Positions 1 through 14,453 of a DNA stretch of 64,000 nt are shown one piece after another; positions within the stretch are counted from its first letter, which is position 1, and each line of letters opens with the position of its first letter. The notes beneath the pieces are model-generated. The model searched no databases, had not been told where the DNA came from, and saw only the letters and a list, made by a program, of their open reading frames with translations. Origin of the DNA: Chrysomallon squamiferum. Its lineage: Eukaryota > Animalia > Mollusca. The translations under genes were made by a program, and so were the position numbers. Location of the stretch: the NCBI GenBank assembly GCA_012295275.1, contig CM022679.1, forward strand, positions 4,340,001 to 4,404,000, read 5' to 3'.

Positions 1-78
1 AAATCACTTAACGACGTAGTTCCTTTGATTTCTGTTCAGAGTTAGCTTCATGGAAACGTTTAATAATGATGATAAAGA

Positions 79-113
<35 letters not shown>

Positions 114-1360
114 TTATGTTTTGTACTAAATTAATAAAACTTGAGTGATTTATTTGTTTCACATGGTCCTAATCAGTAGAAAATGTTATGATATGATTAT
201 GGTAAATGTGGTAAATATTTATCTAATAATTATTAATATCTTTTCTTTTAAATAAATGAATCATGGAAGAGTTATTTATTTCACATGGTCATAATAAGAA
301 AAAGTCTGTTGTGAATCACAAAGTCTTATTTAAAAAAGAAAAAAATGAATCGCTGTCATACTGCTTATTTATTGCACCATGCCATGATAGAAAACTCTCT
401 ATTTAGTTTCAAAGTAAATCTTCATATTGTTGTTGTTAGGCAATCAATTTAGTGTGAGTTGAATATCAAGTCTCGAGAAATTGATTATAAAGATATACTT
501 TTCAGATTAACTTAAGTTCGATGCTGATGTAACAGAATAAAAACCGGAAACGTTTGAGTCAGTGAAAAGCTTTTCGTTTTATTGACAACGTAACAGATTT
601 TTAGTCGCCATGTTTATATACTGAATGAAATTAAAATAGCTTTCAATAAACAAAAAACAAAAACAAATTAAAAAACGGAGAGGTGAAAAAAAAAAAAAAT
701 TAATTACACAGCACGAAACAATCTGCAGCACGATTCTTTTGGGAATGTCTCCAGTTAATTGTCGAGTCTCGCATAAATAATTAATAATTAGATAAGCATA
801 CAATGTCTACATCCCAGATTTGATGATGTTTTCTGAAGAGGTCAGACAAGCAATAAAATTATGCACGACGTCAATTACGATGTTTGGATTCGTGTTTTGT
901 TTGTATCATGTTATCAACGGTCGACGTGATGACACTCTACGACAACAGCGCTGGATCGCGCAACGTCTGTAATAATTGAAGAGACAAACAATAACTCGAA
1001 GTGGCGCGATACATGTCAGACATTCCCCAGAGTTTCGTTTCAATAATTTAAATCAGCTTTTATCGATTACTGATTTATGAATGGGTTTGAAAATGTTTGG
1101 ACTTGAATACTCAAGGGTTCTCTTTTTTCGGGAACTAGATCTAGGACTGTTAACTGCAGAATAGTAAATTAAAAACAGAGAGAGGGAGAGAGTTGCATAC
1201 TGAAGATGGTGGTGGTAGATTATTTAGCCATTTTCCTTGAGTCGATGGCCACTTTGCGATCCTGACAGTAGCTCTGTTACAGAAATGTGCTGTCGTGTAA
1301 GTGTGTGTTTCCTGCAGTTATTAATTGTATAACAGAATAACTGGAGAAGGTGTGACATCA

Positions 1361-1373
1361 TGACCTGTGACCT
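1361..1373 (-). promoter_or_regulatory. Perfect DR1 nuclear-receptor response element (AGGTCA-C-AGGTCA)
   Basis: The + strand reads TGACCT G TGACCT, with a further half-site GGGTCA at 1381-1386. The motif match is exact; function is inferred. Confidence 0.4.
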
Positions 1374-2786
1374 GCTGTGAGGGTCACTGTTACTGCTAAC
1401 CACATACGAAGAAAAAGAAGAAGAAGATCACGATGATGAAGATGATGATTAAAATAATGACGAAGAAGAAGATGATGATGATGATGATGAAAGAGAAAAG
1501 AAGAGAACAAAGAATAAAGAAGAAAAAAAAAGACCACCGCTTCCTCTGGCATATTAGGATTTGTTGATTCTTCAGTTAAAAAAAATTAAATTAAATCTTT
1601 ATAGATTTTTTATTTTACATAAAAATATTAAAATGTCTTCCTTGTCTTTCTGTAATAAATTATAAATAAATTTGTAAAACTGTTAACCAACCGGTATTTG
1701 GTTTACAAAAGCATTTGAATTAGAAATAAAATATGCATCAGCACTAGACTTGAAACAGTTACCAAATAAAGTTTTATAATTAAAATATTTAAAATTCCAG
1801 TTGGGGAATAAACAAAACAAAAATCTCGCAAACATCACGCAATGACCACCAACAACCACCATAGAACTTCTTCAAATTGATTTAAAATATTTAAAATAGG
1901 CTTTCGGTTCTAACATGACATTAATAATTAAGTCATTTTTAATCCTAAAATAAATTTTGAAAAACACAGCCTTTCAAAAAGATGACGATTTATTCAGGCA
2001 TGACCTGTATATTTAGAAATTTAAAAGTATATATAACTTACTTATAAATTAAGACAAAAAAAAATGATTTAAAATGATTTCTAAATACGTTAGTTTAATT
2101 AAAATATTCTGAATTTTAAATCTAAAATTACAAGGATAAAAAAAAAAATCGTCTAAAAATCACTACGCAACCGACTCACTCACACCTGACACAATATGTC
2201 AACAGAGTCGAAGATTTCAAACGTGTTTACTGGCTCCTGAAAGCCTAATCCTCAAATTTAATTTCTGTTTTCTCATCTTCAAGCAGCTGAATCTATTGGT
2301 TTTCGTTTAGCTACTCTAAGACGTGCGCTAACGCACATAATTGCTTTTGACAAGCTGCTTTTGTCAAGGGAAATCAGAGCGGGGAGGCATGGAGTAAGTG
2401 ATATGTACCATGTAATTGTAACGTAATCACATTAAAAAATGAACAAATCAGCTTAGATTGCCTGTCTACGTTTGATATCGTTTTTATTTTTTTATTTTTT
2501 TTTACCAGTTTTATTTTGTTCTATTGTACTTTGTTTTAGATTACTTTAATACATGTTTGTATTTTACAATGATTATTCGTGTTTTTCTTTACTGCTGTGC
2601 TTTCTTTAAACCCAGTCTCTATGGTGAAGAGCTTAGACTATCAAACTACGATTCGATGACACTGCGATTTTCATCCCCTTTTCCGGCTCCGTTCCAAATC
2701 TAATTGTGGATGACTAATCCACCTAACACACGACTGAAACAATCTAACAGAGACCCGTAATTATTTATATATAATACATTTATACA

Positions 2787-2910
2787 TATCCATCCATCCA
2801 TCCATCCATCCATCCATCCATCCATCCATCCATCCATCCATCCATCCATCCATCCATACATACATACAAAAATACATATATACATACATACACACATACA
2901 CACATACATA
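2787..2910. repeat. (ATCC)n plus (ATAC)n microsatellite
   Basis: Seen directly. Confidence 0.95.
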
Positions 2911-4958
2911 CATAAATAAATCGCGCAGACATGCATGCATGCAGACAGTCAGAATGACATTAGTACAAAAGGTGTACCCGCCAACATGTACATAACAACG
3001 TATGCATAATTAATATCCTGCTCTAAATAAAACACACATTATACAAATTAAATCAATAAAACGGATTATACACGCAGCAAATTATGCGACAAATGTTTTT
3101 GGACCGACTGTTATCTGAAGAAATATCTGCTTTTTATTTGGTTCAATATCCTGAATTTTGGAACAAGTCATGATATGGCCAACAGTTTTACATTAGTGCC
3201 AAGTCATTCTCGCCCAAGATTAGAACGAGGAGAGAGAAAAAAAGGAGGGGCTGGAAGAAAAGAATGTTATAATACTTGCTTTTGTTCTTGCTTATCTCCA
3301 GAACGTAATGTCTGGAAAAGCCATGGAAATAATGATGAAAGCCTGGTCGTAAATAGTCGCACAGAACTAGATACGTTTGTAAGTTATAACTTCAGACAGG
3401 AAGAAAAAAAAGAAAAAACGGAAAAAGAAAAAGGAAAGAAAAATGGTAAATGGATAATGTATCCCGAATCTGCTCTTACGTTTTCTGAGGAATTAATATT
3501 ATGCAGATATACATATTTATTCATTCGCAAATTTTCATACGTACAGACATACAGGTAGATAGATATATACGTGTACACATACATGCAAACTTACATACAT
3601 ACAAACATACATACACATATACATACAAGCATATAACCGCACATGCATACAAAAAAACCACATACATATATACATATAAAGAATACATTCCCATATACAA
3701 GAAGTATACCATGGACCTCTAAAAAACAAGCTAGAACAGGAAAAAGATGGATTTAACAGGAAGCATTGACGCGTCATCATGTCCTCGCTGAACGACTAAC
3801 CGTAACTATCATTAACTGTGTCATTTCATTTAAAAAAAGTATTAATTAAACTCGTAATATAAATTATTTCAGATCGTAATCTTAATTGACTATAAACTGA
3901 CAGACAAGTCTTCTCTTTGTCCGAATCCACAGTCGTCTGGCGTCGTCTGGAACCCAGTTTTCTCCCGTGAGACGATTCCGAAGAATCCATCAAACCGTAA
4001 GAAACGTTTTCTATTGGTCTCGTGGGTTCGTAAGTACAACAGCATGCCTAAGCCACATACGAGCATTTTATTACACCGTGTACTAACTGTAAATATTAAA
4101 TACTGTGTATGGAATGAGTTCGTTGCATTGGTCCACAGAGATATATATAAATAGTTTATTAATAGCTTGAGGTTTTGTATGTATACAGTGTTGTATACTA
4201 TTCAAAACAAACTGAGACGAAAATAACTGCACGTAATAATGCTATTAGCATAAATGCTACATAGGTAATAAAATAATTGTATTACAAAATTACATAATAT
4301 AATTTGTGCATATATAATACAGATCGTGTATTTTTAGCACATTCGGAGGTAAAATTAGTGTACGTCATACTAGTAACGCAAATGTCATCCCAGCAGTAAT
4401 AAATTACTTACGCAATGTACACTTAAAATAATGAAACGATTAATAACAGCTTATCAGATGACTCGACATTTAGAAAAAGTGTCAACATATTTTCGTCCTA
4501 GAGTTTAATAATCTTTCGTTTTATGATATGTAATCATGACAATGGCAATGACTTTACTCTCATGAACTGTATGATTACAGTACAGAGAAGAATATATTAC
4601 AGATAATAACGAAATTAAAATACACATGCGTGGAAATTTGAAGTGAATGACATACTCTTTCACATGTAGTTCTTATTAATAAACGTAACTTGTTTAAAAT
4701 AAACGTATTTTTGCTATTAAATATATTATAATATGTGATATCATTGCTCATTAGATTTAGTAAGACCTTGGTTAAACAATGGCGTTAATAACTAACAGAC
4801 ATGTGTTTCACATTTTAAAACCGGTTTCAATAATTAAATACGATAGTTCCATCATTTTATCCTATTTTAATTTTATTGATAGATGATGCATCAGTTGTTG
4901 AATTCTTTGTGATTTCCTCGTTTTTAATATTTGATTTTTTTTTTTTTTCCATTTTTCA

Positions 4959-4995
<37 letters not shown>

Positions 4996-7834
4996 AACAA
5001 CATTTGATGAAGTGGCTAAAGCACTAATTAACATTCTGTTTTTCTCTCGTTTGCAGAAAGAGGCTCAGGTGCTTTTAGAAAAAGCAACAAAGAAAGGAAG
5101 AAGAAGAAAACGAAAGACAGCCAATCATAGAACGAATAATATTTTTAAATACGAAATAAAGCTCTTTACAAGACTGGAACAATGCATATATGTTGGCCTT
5201 CTTCATCCATTCAGACAAAACAGTTTTCTGTGAATGTCACTTTAATCGTTAAAAGAGCCCTCTCCATCTCAGCTCCAGTCTTTTGTGGATGCCTGTGTTT
5301 GACATTTTGTGCCAAAAATAGTCATCAACTTGTAAGAGGGATAAATTGCTTGACCCACAGTCACGGACTTCACTCGGCGAAGTGTGTATTATGGGAGACC
5401 CGGTGTTGATCTTTTCTGTTACCCGTGCACGATGGTTTTGCAAGGGGGGAAATTGTTAAGTAAAAGTTGTTAATGAGTATTCTTTGGTTGATCCTTTTCA
5501 AGTCGGCGATAAAAGATTCCGGTCAAACACAGGCCGTTAAGTGTGTAAGCCTATAAAATGTTTACTCGCCGTTGTAACTTTCAACAGTAAGCTGCTTTTA
5601 AATATAGACAGATAGATAGATATAGAACTATATACATATGCACATACATGGGAGGTTCCTGGATTTCAGAAGAGGGGCTACCATCATATAATTTACAATA
5701 TAATAATTTGCATGACAAAAAGAAAAAACAAAAAAAGAATAAGAAGGAAAGAAAATATTAATAATCATTCTCTCTTTGTTATTTCTCTGTTTGTTTTTCT
5801 TTAAAAAAGAAGAAATAAATATACACATAAAATTATCTCCCACGTAGGATCCCAGTATAATATTATTTTTTTTTAAATGTCCAGGAAATAAAAACCTGTG
5901 CCTGTAAACATATATATATTTTTTTCTAATATACAACATCGCAACAAATAGTATTAATTAGTTTCTTAGAAATATTTCCATATACGCCACATTATAGAAT
6001 TATTTTCTTATTTATCTTTCCATATGATTATTTTCTTATAATTACAAATATGATATACAACATCCCAATAAAGGATAATTTTACGGGAAAATTCTTGATA
6101 AAAGATTTTTCATAGAAATTTTTCTTTTCCTTTCTGACTCTTAAATTCGCAGCAAAGTATTTATCTTCATGAGACGTCCTGACAAAAATAATGATTCTTT
6201 TTCTCTTTAAAAATGTTTCTTTAAACACGACATGCTAACACAGAACTATTTTCTTAGAAGTGGTTTCCAAGAAATGCTATGTTCTGGTCTCTTTTCCGTA
6301 TTTATCTGCATCAGGCCAAACGAGGTAATCTGAGGCATGGAGTCAAAATCAAATTACATGTATTAAGCGATGGGTGATCTCTGCACAGAGCACGTGGGTC
6401 TGAAAATCTAACACTCGTAAATAAGAACAGGCTTTATTCAATTTGCGGAATATGGTGTGTTTAATTCGATGATGAGATCCAATTTTAGATAGCCGAAATT
6501 ATTTTGGGTATTTGTTTGAAATCAAAGAATTGAGAAACGTAAATAGAAAGACGATGACCTTGGCTTGTAAACATTTCTAAGGTTTTTTGTTTCGATTTTT
6601 TTTTTTTTTTTTCTAACAGTTACGTAAACGTGAAGGAAAAAAATGTATATATTTCGTAACAGACGAGGTATATATCAATGTATACATGTACACTGAAAGG
6701 GAAACAGTTGGAAAAAATGTTATTTTGCCATAAGAACGAAACGAATGAAAAATGCAGGAACACACACACACACATAAGCGAATGATAATGATATGCAAAT
6801 TTAATAAATAAATAAACAAGAACGGAAGCACAACATTAGGCTACAAAATGTACACTAATTATAGCAATTACATGAATGAATGACAGAATAAATAACAAAA
6901 AAATTCTTATAATTAATCAATAATATTTCTTTTCTTCAAAACTAGCACGAATGAATGACTAAAATAAACATGCAAAACCAAAAAAAACAAATAATAATAA
7001 CAACGTACAAATCATCCAAATGAATGAACTAATAAAAAAAAAAAAAAAAAAAAACTTGAAAAAGTTATAACCATTTACCAAAACTACCAGGAAACGCTAA
7101 CCAAGCAAAAAAAGTAATTAAATCTTCGCTATGTAAATGTTAGAAAATAATAATTTCATACTGCAGAACGAATTCAATGCGTCGTGTTGATTATTTGCGA
7201 TATTTCAATGGCACTAAAGTGGCCGGGCAGGATGTATTTATGACATACAAGCGAAATCCATCAACTGCGTATCTAATATACTTTTAATGCGAATAATAAG
7301 TAGCACTTGCGTGATGCAACATTAACTTGTTCAGTTCACAAAGAGTTAAAATATAGAATCAGTTTTTAATCTAAGCTACACGCAATGACAAATGTGTGTA
7401 CGCTATTTATACGCAATCTGAACTTCAGAGATGTTAGATAAAGGACAAGACAGGGTGCTTTCTCGGACAAAAAGACAAATATAAAAATTATTCCACATTA
7501 GCGTTTTACATTTTTGTGGCTTTTGGTTGTTGTTGTTATTATTAACACTGGGGTTTTTTTAATGTTTTTTTCATGTTACATAAGTAAAAATAGAAATATT
7601 TGAACTTATAGAAGTAGATACAATTTTACTAGTTACTTTAATGCAGTACCAGTAACAATACATATTAATAGCTGCAGTAATAATAGCAGTATAACAATAG
7701 CAATAGTAAATGTAGTAGATGCAGTGATAGCAAAATGGTGGGAATTGTAGTAATAATAATAATAGTAGTATTTGTAGCAGCAGTACAGCAGCAATAGCAG
7801 TAATTGTTGTAGCAGCAGTAATAGCACCAATAGT

Positions 7835-7837
<3 letters not shown>

Positions 7838-7925
<88 letters not shown>

Positions 7926-7940
7926 GTCTCTCTCTCTCTC
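7838..7940. repeat. (TC)n microsatellite
   Basis: Seen directly. Confidence 0.97.
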
Positions 7941-9068
7941 GTACACAAGCGTACAACAATGCGTATATACGCATACGGACACGCACCTTTGTTTATCCCC
8001 TACCTCCCCTTGCCCGGTACCACTATATAAAAAAAAAGAGCAATCTAACTCTTCATTATAAAACTATTCTGAAAACATAAGCAACTAATAATAAAAAACA
8101 ATAATCCTTACCTTTCAGTGAAGATACTCTCGTTTGAAATGGACAAATGTTTTCGGGACATAACCCCATGTCAGAGAGTGTGTGTGGGAAAAAAAAAAAA
8201 AAAAAATGAAAATGAAAAGAAAATAAATTAAAATAAATAACCCACACTCGTTTTATTGCTCGAGCAGTCCCCGTGCGCTACTGCGTAAGCCCAACATATC
8301 GTGCAAAATGCTTAACAACGCATGCTAATATTTTCGACAATGTTTTCGCCGTGCTTCTCGGCAAGTGTTCAATGCCGCTAAATTGATTAGATATCGAGGC
8401 TTTGGACAGGTGATAAATAGATACCTTTTTCTGCAGAGAATGGAACTGATCAAACGGAGAAGTCCATTAGCTTTTTTAAAAGCTCTAATAACGAACGATT
8501 GCTATCTTTAGCGGCCGTGAATGTAAAATTAATCAAAAGCAAATATATTAACCACGCTTTGATTTGCCGACATTATCAGAAAGCTCGTAGACCGACAAAT
8601 TGGCGAACGAGTGATGGAGATTTTTCGAATAATAATGAAATTAGTGAACACTTACGAGAAATAATCAGATAACGGAGATGCATGTTTAATGGTTCCAGGC
8701 AATAAACGTTACACACATTGAGAGCTATTTGCGGCCATTTATCCTATTCACTGAGCGTTGCGATGCTTTGGCGCGCGCTTCTTGTCGACTCCATAATGTC
8801 TATTTAGTCCGGCAATTTATTCCGAACTGTGTGAGTTGTAAATTTACGTTAACTGTGAGTAGAAGAAAAAAAAAAAAAAAAAAACGGGAAGAAAAATAGG
8901 TAAATAAATGACGAAGGAACTGCCTCTTAATGAAATAAATAAGTGCGCAAAGTGTTCTTAAGTGAACGTCTGAAATAAAATAGAAATGTTTTAAAACTGC
9001 ACGCGAAATCAACGTGGTAATTATGTTAACGGAAATATATTTAAAGCTCAACAACAACAACAACAATG

Positions 9069-9101
<33 letters not shown>

Positions 9102-9929
9102 CGAAGATGATGATGATCACAATAATAGAATAGAAAGGTACATCATTTCACAAGACTGCTAAGGCATCATGCCTTCTTTTATTTTGTTAAAATTCATAGG
9201 CACTGATTACGTCTCTGAAATTAAGGTACAGGCACTTATTGCATTCCTGAAAGTTATGATTCGAAGTCAGAGACTGGTCCGTTGTACACGAAAATAAAGC
9301 TAAAATCTACAAACATTCATTTGACGTTCATTGATTTTTTTCTTTCTTTCTTTCTTCTTTTTTTTTATTATTATCTTTTCTTTTTCTTTTGTTGTTGTTG
9401 TCGTTGTTTGTCTGTTTGTTTGTTTTTCTTCTAAGAATAATTTGGACTAAATATCTCCCAGATTACTAACGTATATACCACTTTTATATACTTAACTTAC
9501 TTATATTCCAATCTTTACACGCTTAACTGTACGCATTTGTACATCAGTATTTGTTACAGATAAAGCTATTTTCTTGTTTATTTCAATAACGAAATACTGC
9601 AATCTTACAATGGCGTCGGTAAAGTGCTAAATTTAGGAGACCAATCGCATTTTATGAATCTTCATTATAAATCAAGCTTCGACGTTTTTATTGCTTCTGT
9701 CAAGAACATAATAACTTGTCGTTTTTCTTTTCCAGTGTATGCTATAACCTCTGTGAAGTCTATTAAAAATAAAACAGTTAATGTGTCAAAAAGGTGAAGC
9801 TGGTAGACTGAATGTCTAAACACTTAAATGTATTGTTGCGTGATTTTGTTACTTTCTTCAATATCGATTTTTTTTTTTACATGATGGTTACGTTGCAGAG
9901 CTTGAAAATATTGATGTAAGGAAATGTTT

Positions 9930-9949
9930 ATAACAGTAATATAAACAAT

Positions 9950-9985
<36 letters not shown>

Positions 9986-10300
9986 TAATAATGGTAATAA
10001 TATATAGTAATAAAAATAATAATAATAAAAACAATAATATCAGCAACAAAAAGAAACAATAAATAAATAAATAAATATAATAATAATAATAATGAGAGTA
10101 ACAACAATAACAACACTAATAGTAATAACAATAATAATAAAAACAACAGTAATAATAGTAAGAATAATAATAATAATAATTATAATTATTATTATCATCA
10201 TCATCATCATCATCATCATCATAATCATCATCTTCATTATTATAATTATCTTCATCAGCACTGTAATGATCATTATCATCATCAATATCTTTCTCATCAT
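9930..10300. repeat. Compound (AAT)n/(ATC)n microsatellite
   Basis: Seen directly. Confidence 0.9.
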
Positions 10301-11106
10301 CACCGTTTATTATCAGCCACAACATCTTCATCAAACCGCCATACAAGTCAAACATTACTTCCACAGCGAAGTTCAGTGCTACGAAATTAGGGCTAAGTGC
10401 AAAACAGAACATAGATTATTAACACAGATAAGGGAGAAACAAAGATAAAATATTTGTCAGGCCTCGCAAACTGCGGTCCCAGTTATATAATAATTCCCAG
10501 TTAAAAGTGTCGGAATCGAGTGGAGATGCCAAAATCAATAAAATAAATTAAGTTAAGAAGTATTCCAGAAAACACCCTAAAAAAACCTAAAAAACTGAGC
10601 TTTCTTCTTTTTTCTTTCTTTCTTTTTTCTTTTTTAATGATTATTATGAATTCAAAATAAAAATAAAATAGAAATAAAAATAAAAATAAAAATAAGAATA
10701 AAATAAACAAAATAATTCTCATAATTTCTTTGTAAACGCCACACTGTCAGTTTAATTTAACATATACTGATCGTTAATTTTGTGTATTGATATATTATAT
10801 TTACGTGTATGACTGAAAGCCTGTCTTTTCGTCTGTATGTATGTGTATATATATGTAGACTAAGAACGTATATAGGATGAATATTTAAAGTATGAATGTT
10901 TCAAATAAATAGACATGCAAAAATGTACTACACATACAAACATATATACATACATTCATACATACATAGACACACATACACACACACATACACCTGTGTA
11001 TACATACGTATATAATGGCAGACAGGAACTGATGTAGACTTAAATACTGATAAGTATCTTAGTCCATATCTTTAAGTGTAAAATCTTTTTTTCATCATCA
11101 TCATCA

Positions 11107-11144
<38 letters not shown>

Positions 11145-11341
11145 ATTAACATCATTATTATTATTATTATTATTATTTCATTATTTTCATTTAAAACTGA
11201 TTAAATTAAACATATTAAACTCAGTGTTTCTTTATAATAACAAAATTATTTAATATTCTTTCATTTTAAAATGATAAATAAACATATATATATATATATA
11301 TATATGTTATAATAACAAAATTATTTCAGAATCTTCCTGAA

Positions 11342-11385
<44 letters not shown>

Positions 11386-12597
11386 TTACATACATACACA
11401 CACACACAAAGACAGCTAATTTGTGTTGCGGACAACAGCCAAGAAATGGTCAGTTTGTCTTGTTGCCCAGGACGACGTCATAGCTGTGGCTGCTGCCAAA
11501 CGAGAGAGGAAAACTGAACAAAACCAGTTCAGTCTGATAGTTGTTTGTTCTGTTTATTTTGTCACAGTTTTCTGTTAACTTGCTGGACAGAGTATCAGTT
11601 GTGTATCTGTTTACAAGTATTTTATATATATATTTTTGTGTGTATAAATAAACAGATTGATATGTGTGAATGCATTTTTGTATGTTAGCATCTATCTATC
11701 TGTCTATGTATCTATAAATCTACCTATATATATCCAGGCTCACACACATACACACAAACGTATATATATATATATATATGTGGTTCTCTACATGTCTAAA
11801 CTTGTTAACCTCTTTCCATTTGTCTATCTGTCTGATTTATTTACTAAAAGATAATTAGAATTTGTCTTTGTATGCGCTTTCTTTCACCTTCTCTTTTTCT
11901 TTATCGCTGTTTTTTATTTTTATTTTTTTTAAAAACAACAATCTTTGCACTTTTTAAAAGAAAACAAAAAAAAAGATTAGATTATCTAAGTGAAGCGTTT
12001 GTCAGTTGACGTGTTCAAACAACAGTCATGACATCAGCAACGTAGTTGCAACGACCGCTTTCTTCTTTTTCTAACTTTTTTTTTTTACTTCATCTTTCTT
12101 TTCGGTTTTGGGGTTGTTTTTTTCTCTGACATGGTAGAACGTTCCCAGGTGAACCTATTTACTGAGATGTTTTTTTGCTCAGCTGTTTGTATTTGTTCTA
12201 AACTGACAGCTGAACATTCTACACATACAACACTCGTTCATGCAGGCAGCTGAATGATGCGCAGCATCGAAGATGGAAATATTGCAGTTACAATCATCAT
12301 CCAAGCTTATATTTATAGGTGGGATTAGGTGTGTGTTTATATGTATGTATGTGTGTGTGATTTGTATGTATGTATGTATGCATGTAGTTTATGATTTTGA
12401 ATATTCTCTGTCTTATGTACGTCTGAATCGACTCTGCACATAGACAATATTCGGGAACGCACTGGCGCAGGAGGACAAAGTCCAATCACGACCTCACAAA
12501 CCCGTCAGATGTCGCTGACGAGACTCGAATGTATGACACCCATTCGCCGGCACTCCGAATGCGGACGATGTTACCGTTCGGCCACTGAGACAACATT

Positions 12598-12900
12598 ATG
12601 TATGCATATAGGTAAATATGTATGTATGTATCTATGTGTGTATGTATGTATGTATGCATGTGTGTGTGTATGTATGTATGTATGTATGTATATATGTATG
12701 TATGTACGCAAATATGTAAATAAATATGTAAATGTCGTATGTATATATCTGTATGTATATATGTATGTTTGTATGTATGCATGTATGTATACATGTATGT
12801 ATGCATGTATGTATACATGTATGTATGCGTGTATGTATACATGTATCTATGTGTGTATATATAAACCCGAGTGTATGCGTGGGTGTATGTATATACGTAC
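12598..12900. repeat. (TATG)n-type compound microsatellite
   Basis: Seen directly. Confidence 0.9.
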
Positions 12901-13606
12901 TTAAGACACGTGAAATTAAAAGTATCTTTCGTACAAACTGGTCACGTAAATGAGACAGTTGTCATAACAAAGAAGAATGTGTCTCACCAATAATAATCAC
13001 TGAATGAAACAGCAATAAAAAACGATGTATACAGCATTGACTAACATATAGAACTGTGTACAAATTTGTACTAAACAATGTGAATGAAGAATGAAAATAA
13101 CTCACCTGCTTTTTGTTTAACTTTGTCACTTGGTGGCAGCCTGGGTCAAACCCTAAACAAAAGCGCTCATCATTGTTTTTGCAATGGAATCTGTTTTAAT
13201 CATTGATAAAGGCGAGTTTCTTGCCGCTTGTCACGGTAGACGGGGTTAATTGTATAATAATATATTAAAAAAATAGTTAAAGTAGGTGACATACCCCCAG
13301 CTGGGTTGATAAATAATACAGGGAAAAAAAGGGCGTTTCTGAGGGTTGACGAGGGAAGAAGAGGTAAGAAGAGGTAGGGAAAGAAGTGTTTGATGATGAT
13401 GATGATGACAAACAATGAAGTTCGTGAGGGTCTTGAGAAAAGAGAAAGGTGATCACAGTGATGATCATAGTAATGATTGATGATGACGATGTTGATGGTA
13501 ATGACGATATCGACGAAGGATAAGGAAATAATACAAAAAAGGACAAGAAATAAGTAAGAACAGAAAAGAAACGAGCAGAATAGGAAGAAATTGTATTTTG
13601 TGTTTA

Positions 13607-13715
<109 letters not shown>

Positions 13716-14410
13716 GAGAGTATATATATGTATGTTTGTAAATGCTTTGTATGACTTTCTTTTATTCATGCGTTTATCTATATACTTACATATCTATGTA
13801 TCTATGATTTTTTTTTATACGTACATGCTTACAAATTGATATATGTATATCTGTATATGCGTGCTGTTCTTTTCTCTTTCTCCAATGGACCGTTAAATGA
13901 ATACTGTAAAGAGGACATATGGTGGGTTGTTGTTTGTTTGATGTGTACAATCAGAACAGCATGATAAATCAAAGCAATTGGCGTGTATCTAATAAAAAAA
14001 TACTTTACTGTTGCTCCGAAGTTGAAAATCAGTTTGTAGGTCAACCAACGTATTTACGATTGTGACTTTCATAGCGACAGTGGTTGGAAGTTAAAAAGAA
14101 GTTTAAAGAACCAACATTCAGAAATAATTTTAATTACGACTGTTGCAGTTATAAATGCCAAAATGTAAATTGTTATTTAATGTCAGAAATATTTGTTATG
14201 GTTCAAGCAAATTATTATAAAAGCTAAATTTGTTTCTGTGGGTTTTTAATAGGTAGATATTATTAGAAAGAGTTCTAGCACTGTCAACTCTGTTATCGTT
14301 TTTACTGTTGTTGTTTGTTTCTGTTGTGGTTGTCCAGTCTTTTGTGTTCATATTTTTTGCTTTTTATGCTTATCATCATTAATTTTATTTGATTAATGTA
14401 CTTATTGTCT

Positions 14411-14453
<43 letters not shown>

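Noticed and set aside
2610-2760. Decayed tRNA-SINE head
   Set aside because: Only vague resemblance to SINE sequences I recall; too degenerate to support without a library search.
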